A stretch of DNA of 64,000 nt from Planctomycetota bacterium. Lineage in GTDB: Bacteria; Planctomycetota; B15-G4; SIAN01. Made by a program: the position numbers and the translations under genes. Positions 50,103 through 59,581 of the stretch are shown here, one piece after another. The stretch covers positions 1 to 64,000 of the forward strand of contig JANNXA010000044.1 in NCBI GenBank assembly GCA_031409275.1. Reading direction: 5' to 3'. Under the pieces are notes generated by a model. It worked only from the letters and a program-made list of their open reading frames with translations. It was not told the origin of the DNA and ran no database searches. How positions within the stretch are numbered: position 1 is the first letter of the stretch; each line of letters starts with the position of its first letter.

Positions 50103-50870
50103 CTACTTCACCAGCCCCGCGGCTTCGACCGCGCGGCAGTACTTGCTCATGCGCTGCAGCTCGACGTTGTGGGAGTTGAGCGCGGCGCAGAGCCAGCTCG
50201 GCAGGATGCGGTCGAACTTCACTTCGAGCACGCACCACTCGGGCGGCATGAACCACTTGCCACGGGTCGGGTCGCCGCGCAGAGAGAAGTCGTGGGTGCG
50301 CCACTTGAGGTTGCGGTCGAGCGTGATGCGAAGGTCGCGGCGCCACGCGTCGAAGAAGGCGGCGCGGTTGTAGCTGACGATGACCTTTGGTTGCAGCCGC
50401 TCGCGCTTGGCCAGCACGTAGACCTCATCGAGGACCGAGTCGCCTGCCTCGTAGTGGCCGGCGCAGATCGCGCGGATGCGCTCCTCCGCCTGCGCCACCG
50501 GCAGGATCGAGCGTCGCTTGGCGACGCCGAGGTTCAGGCGCTGCTTGATCTCGATGAAGGCGTCGGGCGCATCGGCGCCGTAGGTGCGCACGCGCACCTT
50601 GCGGCGGAACTTCTCGCCGTCGAGCTTCTCCCAGTAGGCGTCGAACCCTGGCGAATCGAGGTAGAGCGAGGTGACCTTGTAGAAGCCGTCCGCTCCGGCG
50701 TTGGCGTCGCGCTTCACGTACGGCTCGATGGTGTCCAGCACCGCCTGCGCCTGCCGGTGATGCAGCACGTACTTCAACTCGTAGCGGTCGAAGCGCAGCT
50801 CGACGCCGCGCTTGGCCGCGGTGACCGGCGCCGCTTCGCTGCTCCCCGTCGACGACGGCAGCGCGCTCAT
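50103..50870 (-). CDS. VTC-domain (polyphosphate polymerase, CYTH/TTM fold) protein
   Basis: RYELKY, SLYLD, RRKVRVRTY, FIEIKQR, YNRAAF, RITLD, LEVKF, SKYC. Confidence 0.93.
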   Translation of the reverse strand: MSALPSSTGSSEAAPVTAAKRGVELRFDRYELKYVLHHRQAQAVLDTIEPYVKRDANAGADGFYKVTSLYLDSPGFDAYWEKLDGEKFRRKVRVRTYGADAPDAFIEIKQRLNLGVAKRRSILPVAQAEERIRAICAGHYEAGDSVLDEVYVLAKRERLQPKVIVSYNRAAFFDAWRRDLRITLDRNLKWRTHDFSLRGDPTRGKWFMPPEWCVLEVKFDRILPSWLCAALNSHNVELQRMSKYCRAVEAAGLVK

Positions 50871-53587
50871 GGCGTCCCCTCCACGGCCGGCTTCACCACG
50901 AGGCCCGCGCCCTTGCTCTTCTTCGGCAGCGAGAACTTGCCTTCGGTGACGCACGCCTCGAGCGTCAACGTCGACTCGGCGTCGATCTTCACGTCGGTCT
51001 TGTTGCCGCGCAGCGTGCAGCGCACCAGATGGCCGAGCCCGCCGCCTTCGTAGCGCCAGTTCTTGTCGTACGACGCCACGCCGGTCAGGCACTCCTCGAC
51101 GATCGTGTCGCGGATGCGCGGATCGGAGCCGTCCTTGATGCCGATGCCCGTGACACAACCCGCGAAGCGGCAATCGGAGAGCTCCGGGAACGAGCCCTCG
51201 CCGATCGAGATGCCCTTGTCGCCCGCCCCCACCACGGTCAGCCGCTCGACGTCGACGCGACCGGTCATCATGTCGAGCCCGTCGTTCAGCGGCCGCAGCA
51301 CCGTGATGTCGCGGATGGTGCCCTGGCACAGGTCGAAGTCGATGGCGTCGGCGATCGCGTCCTCGACGCGCACGCGCTCGAAAAGGACGTCATGGCACTT
51401 GCCGAGTCGCACCGTGTCGTCGCCGAGCAGGTTCGCTGCGAAGAAGCTGTCGCGCACGACCAGTCGATCGACGAGGTGCACCGAGAACATCCCGGAGTAG
51501 TAGAGGTAGCCGACGGTCGCTTCCGACCCGCCCACCATCGACACGTGGTCGAGCACGCTGCCATCGCAGCCGTGTCCTTGCAGCGCGATCACCCCGTACG
51601 GCTGCGCGGGATCGAGCCGCTCGAAACGCACGTCGCGCCAATCGACGCGCGACTGCAGCTGCAGCGAGACGCCCGGCCCGAGCTTCACCACGCTCCCGGC
51701 CGCGATCGAGAGCGACTCGCGCGGCCCGAGCTGCAGCGTCTCCTTCACTTCGACGACACCGCTCCATTCGAGCTGCCGCGGCGTCGGCGGCTCGGCGCGC
51801 CGCCAAGGGTGCACCGACTCGACGGCGAGGAAGCCGTTGGGCGCTCCCTCGTGCACTTCGATCGCGCCGCTGCCCACGGTTCGCTCGGCGCCGATGCCCA
51901 GGAGCCGCGGCAGCGCCGCATCGCCCACGCGCAGCAGGAACGGGCTCTCGAGCGCGGCGAGGCGCGTGAACTCGCGATGCTGCGAGAAGGTGTCCTGTCC
52001 CTCGGACGGCCGTTGCTGGTACGACGCGGTGAAGTCGCGCCCTGCCGGCAGCAGCACCGACGGATCGTCGAGGAGCAGTCGATGGCCTTCGACATGCGCC
52101 GCCACACGGCGATCCCCGAGGCTGATCGCGCCGTTGAAGTCGCGGTCCTCGTAGAGGTCGAACGCGGGCGGCGCCGTCTCGAAATCGAGCGCGACGAGGC
52201 GCAGCGACGCGACGGCGGTGGCGTGGAGGCGCAGGCGCGCGACGCCGTCGATCGGCGCGGCCTGCGCGAACGCGAGCTCCGCCACGGCGTGCTGCTGGCG
52301 GACCGTCTGGTGGCGCTCCTCGATCTTGCGGCGCACGCCGCGGAAGGCGAGTTCGAGCCAGCGGTCGAGCGACACGCTGGCGCGACGCAACGCCTGCTCG
52401 GCGCGATCGAGCACGGCGAGCTGCACGCGCGGCGTCGCTTCGCTGGCGAGCTGCGTGTCGATCAGCGCCGCCACCCGATCGAGGAAACGGGGGTCCTGCG
52501 CCAGTCGCAGGAAGAGGCGACTGGCCGTCGTCTCGACGCCCTGGCCCGCCGGCATGTTGAGCAGCGGATTCCACAGGTAGCCGGAGAGCTTTCCGGCCAG
52601 CAGGTCGAGGCCGATCTTCTGGTTGTGCGAAAGGTCGACGTGCTGGTCACCGTGGTAGCAGAGGATCGCGTAGTAGAGGGCGAAGCTCGGATCGAGCAGC
52701 GAGTCGAGCGCATCGAGTCCGTCAGGAGCTGGATTCGCCGTCGCATCCAGCAGGTCGGAGAGCCACGGCCGCCACGACTCGGGGTACTTGTTCCAGCGCG
52801 CTTCCTTCTCCCACAAGTAGGGATTCCACGACAGCTCCCACGACGAGGAGGAGGGCACGTCGGGCACGAAGAGCTCGCCGTAAAAGAGGTCGCCGGGCAT
52901 CTCGCCGACGCGACGCAGGAACGATTCGTCGACCTGCTCTTCCAGCAGGTAGACGCCCTCGTCCTCGAGGTTCACGTAGAGATGGACCAGACGCGTGAGC
53001 GGCGCCGGCAGACCGTGCGCGCGCGCCAGCTCGAAGGTGATGAGGCTCGCGAGGCGGTCTTCGAGCGGCGTCAGGTTCAGCACGCGCTGTCCGCCGACGA
53101 ACTCGCGTTTCTTGGTGCGCAGCTTCCATGACTTGCGCGCGAAGAAGTAGTTCTCCATGCGCTGGCCGCGCCAGTTGGCGTCGACCTCGAAGTTCTGGTC
53201 GCCGTTCACCGTCAGCACGCCGCGCTGCTTCGCGCGCGCCGATTCGGGGAGGTCGGCGGCGAGCGCGTCGATCGAGCTGCCGTCGACGCGCAGGTCGTAG
53301 ACGTCGACGCCGTCGTCCGGGGCCGCGGCGTCGACCGCGATCGCCGGCACCGGCCGCTTGAGCGGCAGGAAGCGGCGCGAGCGCGAGCCGAAGACGTCGC
53401 GAATCGAACGCTGCACCATCGTCCGCAGCGTGCCGACGCGCAGGTCGCGCACCAGTTCGCCGTGGAAATTGCGGATCTCTGCGTTCCAGAAGCTGCCGAG
53501 CGCGGCGATCCACAGCCACACCGACACCGCCAGGAACGGCAGCGTCAGCAGCACGACGTCGCGCAGCAGGTTCCGGGAGCGACGCAT
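50867..53587 (-). CDS. Membrane-anchored CotH-like kinase + right-handed beta-helix protein
   Basis: N-terminal TM; WRG...KSWKL, GLPAP...LYVN...GVYLLEEQVDESFL; C-terminal DAIDFD, DGLDM, DKGISIGEGS, GIGIKDGS repeats. ATGA overlap with the VTC gene. Confidence 0.88.
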   Translation of the reverse strand: MRRSRNLLRDVVLLTLPFLAVSVWLWIAALGSFWNAEIRNFHGELVRDLRVGTLRTMVQRSIRDVFGSRSRRFLPLKRPVPAIAVDAAAPDDGVDVYDLRVDGSSIDALAADLPESARAKQRGVLTVNGDQNFEVDANWRGQRMENYFFARKSWKLRTKKREFVGGQRVLNLTPLEDRLASLITFELARAHGLPAPLTRLVHLYVNLEDEGVYLLEEQVDESFLRRVGEMPGDLFYGELFVPDVPSSSSWELSWNPYLWEKEARWNKYPESWRPWLSDLLDATANPAPDGLDALDSLLDPSFALYYAILCYHGDQHVDLSHNQKIGLDLLAGKLSGYLWNPLLNMPAGQGVETTASRLFLRLAQDPRFLDRVAALIDTQLASEATPRVQLAVLDRAEQALRRASVSLDRWLELAFRGVRRKIEERHQTVRQQHAVAELAFAQAAPIDGVARLRLHATAVASLRLVALDFETAPPAFDLYEDRDFNGAISLGDRRVAAHVEGHRLLLDDPSVLLPAGRDFTASYQQRPSEGQDTFSQHREFTRLAALESPFLLRVGDAALPRLLGIGAERTVGSGAIEVHEGAPNGFLAVESVHPWRRAEPPTPRQLEWSGVVEVKETLQLGPRESLSIAAGSVVKLGPGVSLQLQSRVDWRDVRFERLDPAQPYGVIALQGHGCDGSVLDHVSMVGGSEATVGYLYYSGMFSVHLVDRLVVRDSFFAANLLGDDTVRLGKCHDVLFERVRVEDAIADAIDFDLCQGTIRDITVLRPLNDGLDMMTGRVDVERLTVVGAGDKGISIGEGSFPELSDCRFAGCVTGIGIKDGSDPRIRDTIVEECLTGVASYDKNWRYEGGGLGHLVRCTLRGNKTDVKIDAESTLTLEACVTEGKFSLPKKSKGAGLVVKPAVEGTP

Positions 53588-53588
53588 C

Positions 53589-54692
53589 TCAGTCGCCCCC
53601 TTCCGCGGGAGCGAGGTTCGCGCGCGCCTTGCGGATCGTGCGCTGCGCCTTCGCCGACAGCTTCGGCGCGGCACACGAGTACGTCAGCGTCACACGCGCC
53701 ACTTCATCGCCCGGCACGCCGGTGAAGAGCTCCGCGTAGGCGTTCACGCCGGAACCTTCGCGATGGAGGTAGCCGATCCTGGGCAGACGGTCCTCGACCC
53801 GCCCATCGCGCCGCTCGACGGCCATCGCATCGATCGTGAAGCCGTCCCACAGCTGATCGAGCCGCAGCTGCACCACCAGCTCGTCATGCCAGGGCCACGG
53901 CTCGAACATGGCCGCCGGGAACTCGACGCTGCAACGCTCGCCGCGCGGCATCCCCCACTTCTCTTCGTGGCGAAAGAAGCGGCCATGCTCGACCGGGATG
54001 CCCACCGCGCCGAGCACCTTGCGCTCGAGCGACGAGCGCGGGATGCCGACCTTCAGCGTCGCCTTGGGCGCGGCGCGAATCAGGGCCCGCTCCCATTCAT
54101 CAGCAACCCAGCCGATCTCCGCGAACGCGTTGATCTCGCCAAGGCACGCCAGGTAGTCCTCGATCACGCCAGGGTGATGCAACGTCAGCTCGAAGGCGCG
54201 GCGCAGCGATTTCGCGGCGTCGGCGTACTCGGCCTCCGACTCGAGCGCGCGCCCTTGCGCCCACCAGAGCGGGTAGTCCAGCGGCAGCCGCTCGAGCAGC
54301 GGCGTCAGCGCTTCGGCGCCACGCTTGGCGCGGCCCTCGCGAGTGTGGAGTTCGGCCAGCAGGACTCCGGCGTCGCTGACCGCATGCGACCAGAGCTGCG
54401 CGGGCTGGATCTTCGGGTGCTGGGCGAGGAAGCGTTCGAGACGGACGCGGGCCGCCGCCACTCCGCCATCGCCCGCCCCCGCCTCGACGCGCGCCGCCGC
54501 GACCTCCTCGAAGGTCCGCTCGTAGAACCAGGCGCGCGCGGCGATCGTGAGGCCGAGATCGACGTCGTCGGGAACGAATGCGACGTAGGCCCACAACCCG
54601 CCGCCCAACACGAGGACGAGCAGGAGGTAGAGCGCCGCCAGCCAGCGCCGATGCCGGTAGGCGAGCGTGCGGAGATGGAGGAGCGTGGCCAA
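53589..54692 (-). CDS. Membrane-anchored TPR-containing protein
   Basis: N-terminal TM helix; TPR-like PLDYPLWWAQGRALESEAEYADAAKSLRRAFEL. TTG start uncertain. Confidence 0.72.
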   Translation of the reverse strand: MATLLHLRTLAYRHRRWLAALYLLLVLVLGGGLWAYVAFVPDDVDLGLTIAARAWFYERTFEEVAAARVEAGAGDGGVAAARVRLERFLAQHPKIQPAQLWSHAVSDAGVLLAELHTREGRAKRGAEALTPLLERLPLDYPLWWAQGRALESEAEYADAAKSLRRAFELTLHHPGVIEDYLACLGEINAFAEIGWVADEWERALIRAAPKATLKVGIPRSSLERKVLGAVGIPVEHGRFFRHEEKWGMPRGERCSVEFPAAMFEPWPWHDELVVQLRLDQLWDGFTIDAMAVERRDGRVEDRLPRIGYLHREGSGVNAYAELFTGVPGDEVARVTLTYSCAAPKLSAKAQRTIRKARANLAPAEGGD

Positions 54693-54710
54693 GCGGCGCT
54701 CGCGGCGCGG

Positions 54711-55406
54711 CTAGAGCTGAATCTGCGAATGGCCCATCACGAGCTGCGCATGGACCGATCCATGCACGGCGCGCAACGCAGCCAGCAGCGCCTGCTCCCC
54801 GCCCGCCTTGCGCGGCGTCACCGACCAGACCACTTCGACCTTGCCCGAGCCGTCACTATCGACGGAGAGCAGATCGGAGGCCTGCAGATGCGCGTAGAAG
54901 GCCTCGTTGAAGACGGTGTGGTAATCGACCTTCTCGTCGACCAGCAGCTTGAGCAGCAGCTCGACGTTCGGACGCGCGCCGACGTTGAAGCGCGCGAGGA
55001 AGTAGATCATCGCGCTGACCAGCAGCGTGAAGATCAGCGCGACGGCACCGAAGCCGGTGCCGCACGCCATGCCGATCGCGGTGGTGAGGAAGTAGAAGGC
55101 GACATCGCGACTCTCCTTCACCGCGTTGCGGAAGCGGATGATGGAGAGCGCACCCACCAGGCTGAAGGCGCGCGCGATGTTGGTGCCGATGATCCCCATC
55201 ATCAGCGAGACGACCACCGCCATGATGATCATGGTGTGGACGGACGACTGCGAGTAGGACGGGCCGGCGTGCGTCATCTTGTAGACGTAGCCGATAAACA
55301 TCGAGAGCAGGAACGCCCAGATGACGGCGCGCAGCATGTCGAGCACCGGCAAGGTGTCGACGAACCCGCTCGTGGGAAGCAGTTGGTGGAAGAAGTCGGA
55401 AAGCAC
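54711..55406 (-). CDS. DUF4956 family (MgtC-like) membrane protein
   Basis: IGTNIARAFSLVGALSIIRFRNAVKESRDVAFYF...IGMACGTG plus ACT-like C-terminus. Confidence 0.93.
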   Translation of the reverse strand: MLSDFFHQLLPTSGFVDTLPVLDMLRAVIWAFLLSMFIGYVYKMTHAGPSYSQSSVHTMIIMAVVVSLMMGIIGTNIARAFSLVGALSIIRFRNAVKESRDVAFYFLTTAIGMACGTGFGAVALIFTLLVSAMIYFLARFNVGARPNVELLLKLLVDEKVDYHTVFNEAFYAHLQASDLLSVDSDGSGKVEVVWSVTPRKAGGEQALLAALRAVHGSVHAQLVMGHSQIQL

Positions 55407-55519
55407 CGGTGGCGCGCTCCTGGAACTGAGTCGTCAAGACTGCGTGAAGATCGACCGGATGGTAGCCCCGGTTTGAGGAACTTCCCCCGGACCGCCGCGG
55501 GGAACACGAGGAGACCGCC

Positions 55520-56197
55520 ATGCGCGTCCTGCCTGCCCTCTTCGCCGTCGCCCTTGCAGCGGCCGCGCGCGACTCGACGACGGAAGACTTCGAGCAGGCG
55601 CCGCTGGAACAGTGCCCGCCAGGATTCACCGCGGCGACGACACTCGGTCGTCCGGAGCTGAAGGCGGAGCAGGCGGTCTGGCAGATCGCGGCCGACACCG
55701 CCGCCCCGTCCGGCAAGCAGGTCGTGCGACTGCTGCGGAGCGCCAACCGCGACGAGCTCTTCAACCTCCTGCTGCGCGACGCCGTCCCGCCGGCGGACGT
55801 CGCGCTGTCGGTGCGTCTGCGCGCCGATGGCGGCGAAGAGGACCGCGGCGGCGGCGTGTTGTGGCGCGCGGTCGACGCCCAGAACTACTACGTCACTCGC
55901 TGGAACCCGCTCGAGAAGAACCTGCGCGTCTATCGCGTCGTCGATGGCAAGCGCGTGCAGCTGCAGTCGGTGCCGATCGAAGCCGACGCCAGGACGTGGC
56001 ACACGCTTGCGGTGGTGATGCGCGGCCGCGTGATCGAAGTCTCGTTCGATGGCACCAAGGCGGCATCGTGCGCGGACCCGACGTTTGCCGCCGCCGGCAA
56101 GGTCGGGTTGTGGACGCGCTCGAACGCCGTCAGCTCGTTCGACGACCTGGTGGTGGGCGAGGCTCCGCAGCTGCCGCCCATCCGCTTTCCTAGGTGA
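55520..56197 (+). CDS. Secreted concanavalin-like (DUF1080-like) domain protein
   Basis: GEEDRGGGVLWRAVDAQNYYVTRWNPLE.N.RVY, WHTL.V, GKVGLWT...SSFDDL. Confidence 0.8.
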   Translation: MRVLPALFAVALAAAARDSTTEDFEQAPLEQCPPGFTAATTLGRPELKAEQAVWQIAADTAAPSGKQVVRLLRSANRDELFNLLLRDAVPPADVALSVRLRADGGEEDRGGGVLWRAVDAQNYYVTRWNPLEKNLRVYRVVDGKRVQLQSVPIEADARTWHTLAVVMRGRVIEVSFDGTKAASCADPTFAAAGKVGLWTRSNAVSSFDDLVVGEAPQLPPIRFPR

Positions 56198-56315
56198 TCC
56201 CCCGCTCGGCATCTCTCCTCATCGAGCGCAGCAACCCGCAACGTCGACGCTCTTCTCGACAACGCTGACAACGCCAATTCCGGCGGTCGTCACGGTGTCC
56301 CTTCGAGATCAGCGC

Positions 56316-59156
56316 ATGAACCTTCGAGAGTTCCGCGGCCTTCGTGGAAAGCTGGTCGCGAGCCTGGCTCTGGCCACGCTGGTGCCCATGGGGTTGGTCA
56401 GCTCGATCACCCTGACGAAGGCCGATCGATCCATCGAAGAGCGCGTCGGGGCGAATCTCGCCGACCATGCGCGCGCGGCGATCGACAAGATCGACCGCAA
56501 CCTCTTCGAGCGCTACGGCGATGTGCAGTCCTTCGCGTTCCACCCTGCTGCGCGCGGCTCGGCGGCGGAAGTCACCGCCGCGGCCAACTTCTTCTGCAAG
56601 GCCTACGGCATCTACGACCTGATGTTGATCGTCGACCTCGACGGCAAGGTCGTCGCGTGCAACGACGTCGCCGCGGACGGCAAACCGATCGCGAGTCGTG
56701 AGCTGCTCGGCACCGACGTCTCCACCGAGCCCTGGTTCGCCGCGGTCCGCAGCGGCACGATCGCCACCGGCGAGTCGTGGTACGCCGATCCGCGCCGCGA
56801 ACCGCTCGTGCGACGTGCCTGCGGCGGTGACGGCTACGCGCTGACGTTCGCCGCGCCGATCGGTGATGCCGCCGGCCGAATGCAGCGCATCTGGGTCAAC
56901 TACGCCTCCTGGTCGCGGGTCGTCGGCGAGATCACCGACGAGGTCCGCTCCCAACTCGCCATGGTCGGATCCAAAACGGTCACGACGCAAGTGCTGGCAC
57001 GCGATGGCACGCGCCTCGACAACCTCGATTCGACGGATGCCCTCTCGGCCAGCCCGGGATCGTCGAGATTCGCCGTCACCGCGCACAAGGAGTCGGGCGT
57101 CGACGGTTTCACGGTCGAAGACGACCCCGCCGGCGCGCAGCTCGTCGGGCGCGCGCGCTCCACTGGAGCGCTCGGTTTCGCCGGCTACGGTTGGAACGTC
57201 CTGGTCCGACAGCAAGCCGGCGAGGCGCGTGCGGCAACGAGTCAGCTGCACGCGACGTTCTGGACCATCGCCGGCGCCGTCATCCTCATCGGGCTGGCCT
57301 TCTCGATCTGGTTCTCCGCCAGCCTCGCCACGCCGTTGCGTTCGACCTGCGCAGTCGTCGAGTCGGTCGCGCGTGGCGAACTCGGCCGGGCGCTGAACGT
57401 CGATTCCCATGACGAGATCGGGCGCATGGCCAACGCCGTCCGCCACACGAGTGCCGTGCTCGGTGCGCTGGTCGCCGAATCGTCGCGTCTGCTCGCGGCC
57501 GCCAAGGAGGGACGCCTCGGCGAGCGCATCGACGCCAGCAAGTTCGACGGCAGCTACCGCGAGCTGTGCAATGGCATGAACGACCTGCTGGCCACCATCG
57601 CAACGCCGATCCGTGAAGGGTCGGCGGTGCTGCATCAACTCGCGCGCGGCAACCTCGACGCCGAGCTGACGGGCTCGTTCCCGGGCGAGCTCCAGGCGAT
57701 CCCCGACTCGGTCCGCAACATCGGCAGCGTGCTGCGCCAGTTGATCGCGCAGTTGCATGGCCTGGTCGCTGCAGCCGACGCCGGCCAGCTTTCCGCGCGA
57801 CTCGACGCCGGCCCCTTCGAGGGCAGCTGGCGCGAGCTGTGCACGCAGATGAACCGGATGCTCGACGGACTGCTCGCGCCGATCGGCGAGGCGAGCGCGG
57901 TGCTGGCGCGCGTGGCGCAGGGCGACCTCACCGCGACGATGAAGCTCGAGTGCCGCGGCGATCATCGCCGTGTGCAAGAGCATCTCGAGCAGACCACGAC
58001 CGTCCTGCGCTCGGTCACCAGCGAGTTGTCGCGACGGATCGCCGCCTGTCGAGAGGGTCGACTCAGCGAGCGAGCGCCGCTCGGTTCGCTGGCCGGCAGC
58101 TATCGCGAGCTGCTCGAGCAGGTGAACCAGATGCTCGACAGCGTCGTGCAGCCGATCCAGGAGGCGGGAGGCGTGCTGGAACGCGTCGCCGGTGGCGACC
58201 TCACGGCGCGCGTGACCGGCGACTACTCAGGCGACCACAACCGCATGAAGGTGGCGGTCAACTCCGCCGTCGATGCGATGGCAGGCGCGGTGCACGAGAT
58301 CGCGGCGAGCGCCGATCAGCTCGGCAGCGCGGCCAACGAGTTCTCCGCGACGGCGCGCGAGATGGGAGCGAAGAGCGAGGAGACCGGCGCGCAGGTTCGC
58401 TTCGCCAGCGACCGCTGCGAGCACGTGCACAAGAGCATCCAATCGGTGGCCGCAGCCGCCGAAGAGCTCTCCGTCTCGATCCGCGAGATCGCCCGCAATT
58501 CTTCGGACGCCAGCACGATGGCGACCGACGCGGTTCAGTCGGCCCAATCGACCAACGATTCCGTCCAGCGGCTCGGCCAATCGAGCCTCGAGATCGGCAA
58601 TGTCGTCAAGCTGATCGCGTCGATCGCCGAGCAGACCAATCTGCTGGCACTCAATGCTGCCATCGAGGCGGCGCGTGCCGGCGATGCTGGCAGGGGCTTC
58701 GCCGTGGTCGCCAACGAGGTGAAGGAGCTCGCCCGTCAGACCGCTGGCGCGACCGATCAGATCGGCAAACACATCGCGACGATCCAGGCCGACACGCGCG
58801 GCGCCGTCACCGCGATCCAGGGAATCGGACAGGTGGTGAAGCAGATCTCCGAGTACCAGAACTCCATCGCCAGCGCCGTCGAGGAGCAGAGCGCGACGAC
58901 GCAGGAGATCAGCCGCAGCGTGAACGAGGCGGCCTGCGCGAGCGCAGAGATCGCGGTGTCGATGACCGGCGTCAACAAGACCGCACAGCAGAACGTGTCC
59001 GGCGCCACGAAGACCCGCGACGGCTCGCACGAACTCGAGCAGATGGCGCTCGGGCTGCAGCGACTGGTCGGCCGCTTCGAGCTGGGCGCCGCCGAGATCG
59101 CGGCGGCGAGGCCCGCACGCGAGCGCGAACCCGAACCGGAGCTCGCTCGCGCATGA
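56316..59156 (+). CDS. Methyl-accepting chemotaxis protein (Cache sensor, poly-HAMP)
   Basis: Two TM helices, DKIDRNLFERYGDVQ, repeated HAMP-like units, IAEQTNLLALNAAIEAARAGDAGRGFAVVANEVKELA. Confidence 0.96.
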   Translation: MNLREFRGLRGKLVASLALATLVPMGLVSSITLTKADRSIEERVGANLADHARAAIDKIDRNLFERYGDVQSFAFHPAARGSAAEVTAAANFFCKAYGIYDLMLIVDLDGKVVACNDVAADGKPIASRELLGTDVSTEPWFAAVRSGTIATGESWYADPRREPLVRRACGGDGYALTFAAPIGDAAGRMQRIWVNYASWSRVVGEITDEVRSQLAMVGSKTVTTQVLARDGTRLDNLDSTDALSASPGSSRFAVTAHKESGVDGFTVEDDPAGAQLVGRARSTGALGFAGYGWNVLVRQQAGEARAATSQLHATFWTIAGAVILIGLAFSIWFSASLATPLRSTCAVVESVARGELGRALNVDSHDEIGRMANAVRHTSAVLGALVAESSRLLAAAKEGRLGERIDASKFDGSYRELCNGMNDLLATIATPIREGSAVLHQLARGNLDAELTGSFPGELQAIPDSVRNIGSVLRQLIAQLHGLVAAADAGQLSARLDAGPFEGSWRELCTQMNRMLDGLLAPIGEASAVLARVAQGDLTATMKLECRGDHRRVQEHLEQTTTVLRSVTSELSRRIAACREGRLSERAPLGSLAGSYRELLEQVNQMLDSVVQPIQEAGGVLERVAGGDLTARVTGDYSGDHNRMKVAVNSAVDAMAGAVHEIAASADQLGSAANEFSATAREMGAKSEETGAQVRFASDRCEHVHKSIQSVAAAAEELSVSIREIARNSSDASTMATDAVQSAQSTNDSVQRLGQSSLEIGNVVKLIASIAEQTNLLALNAAIEAARAGDAGRGFAVVANEVKELARQTAGATDQIGKHIATIQADTRGAVTAIQGIGQVVKQISEYQNSIASAVEEQSATTQEISRSVNEAACASAEIAVSMTGVNKTAQQNVSGATKTRDGSHELEQMALGLQRLVGRFELGAAEIAAARPAREREPEPELARA

Positions 59157-59335
59157 GCCGGCGGGCGTACCGGACTCGAGAGAGCGGCGACGACCGCGCT
59201 CGCGCCGCAGTCGCGAAGTGCTGCGCTGCTCGCGACAACTTCGCCATGTGGTGCGAGTCGGCTCGCCTGCCCGGCTAGTGTTCGCGCGCGGCCCGAATCC
59301 CGAGCCGCGCACCACGCGATCGATCGGAGCAGCGC

Positions 59336-59467
59336 ATGGCCAAGACGAAGGCGAAGGCGAAGAAGAACGCGAAGAAGAAGCCCGCGACGACCGCCAAGAA
59401 GACGCGCGGCAAGGCGTTGCGGGCGCGCAACGACGCGAAGTTCAAGGTCGGCAAGGACCTGCGCTAA
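59336..59467 (+). CDS. 43-aa lysine-rich small protein (absent from the ORF track)
   Basis: GGAG RBS; MAKTKAKAKKNAKKKPATTAKKTRGKALRARNDAKFKVGKDLR*; all third codon positions G/C; downstream hairpin at 59481-59524. Confidence 0.75.
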   Translation: MAKTKAKAKKNAKKKPATTAKKTRGKALRARNDAKFKVGKDLR

Positions 59468-59581
59468 GCACCAACGGGAACGCCTTCCGCGGGGCATCGC
59501 CCCGAACGGGTGCTCGCGGAGGCGGCCGTGATCGAGTGATGCGGACGCTCGCGACGAGCGGCGTCGGCCGGCCCCGACCGA

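Noticed and set aside
55469..55507. cggttt...ttccccc...gcggggaacac resembles a type I-E CRISPR repeat
   Set aside because: Single degenerate copy with no spacers and no cas genes.
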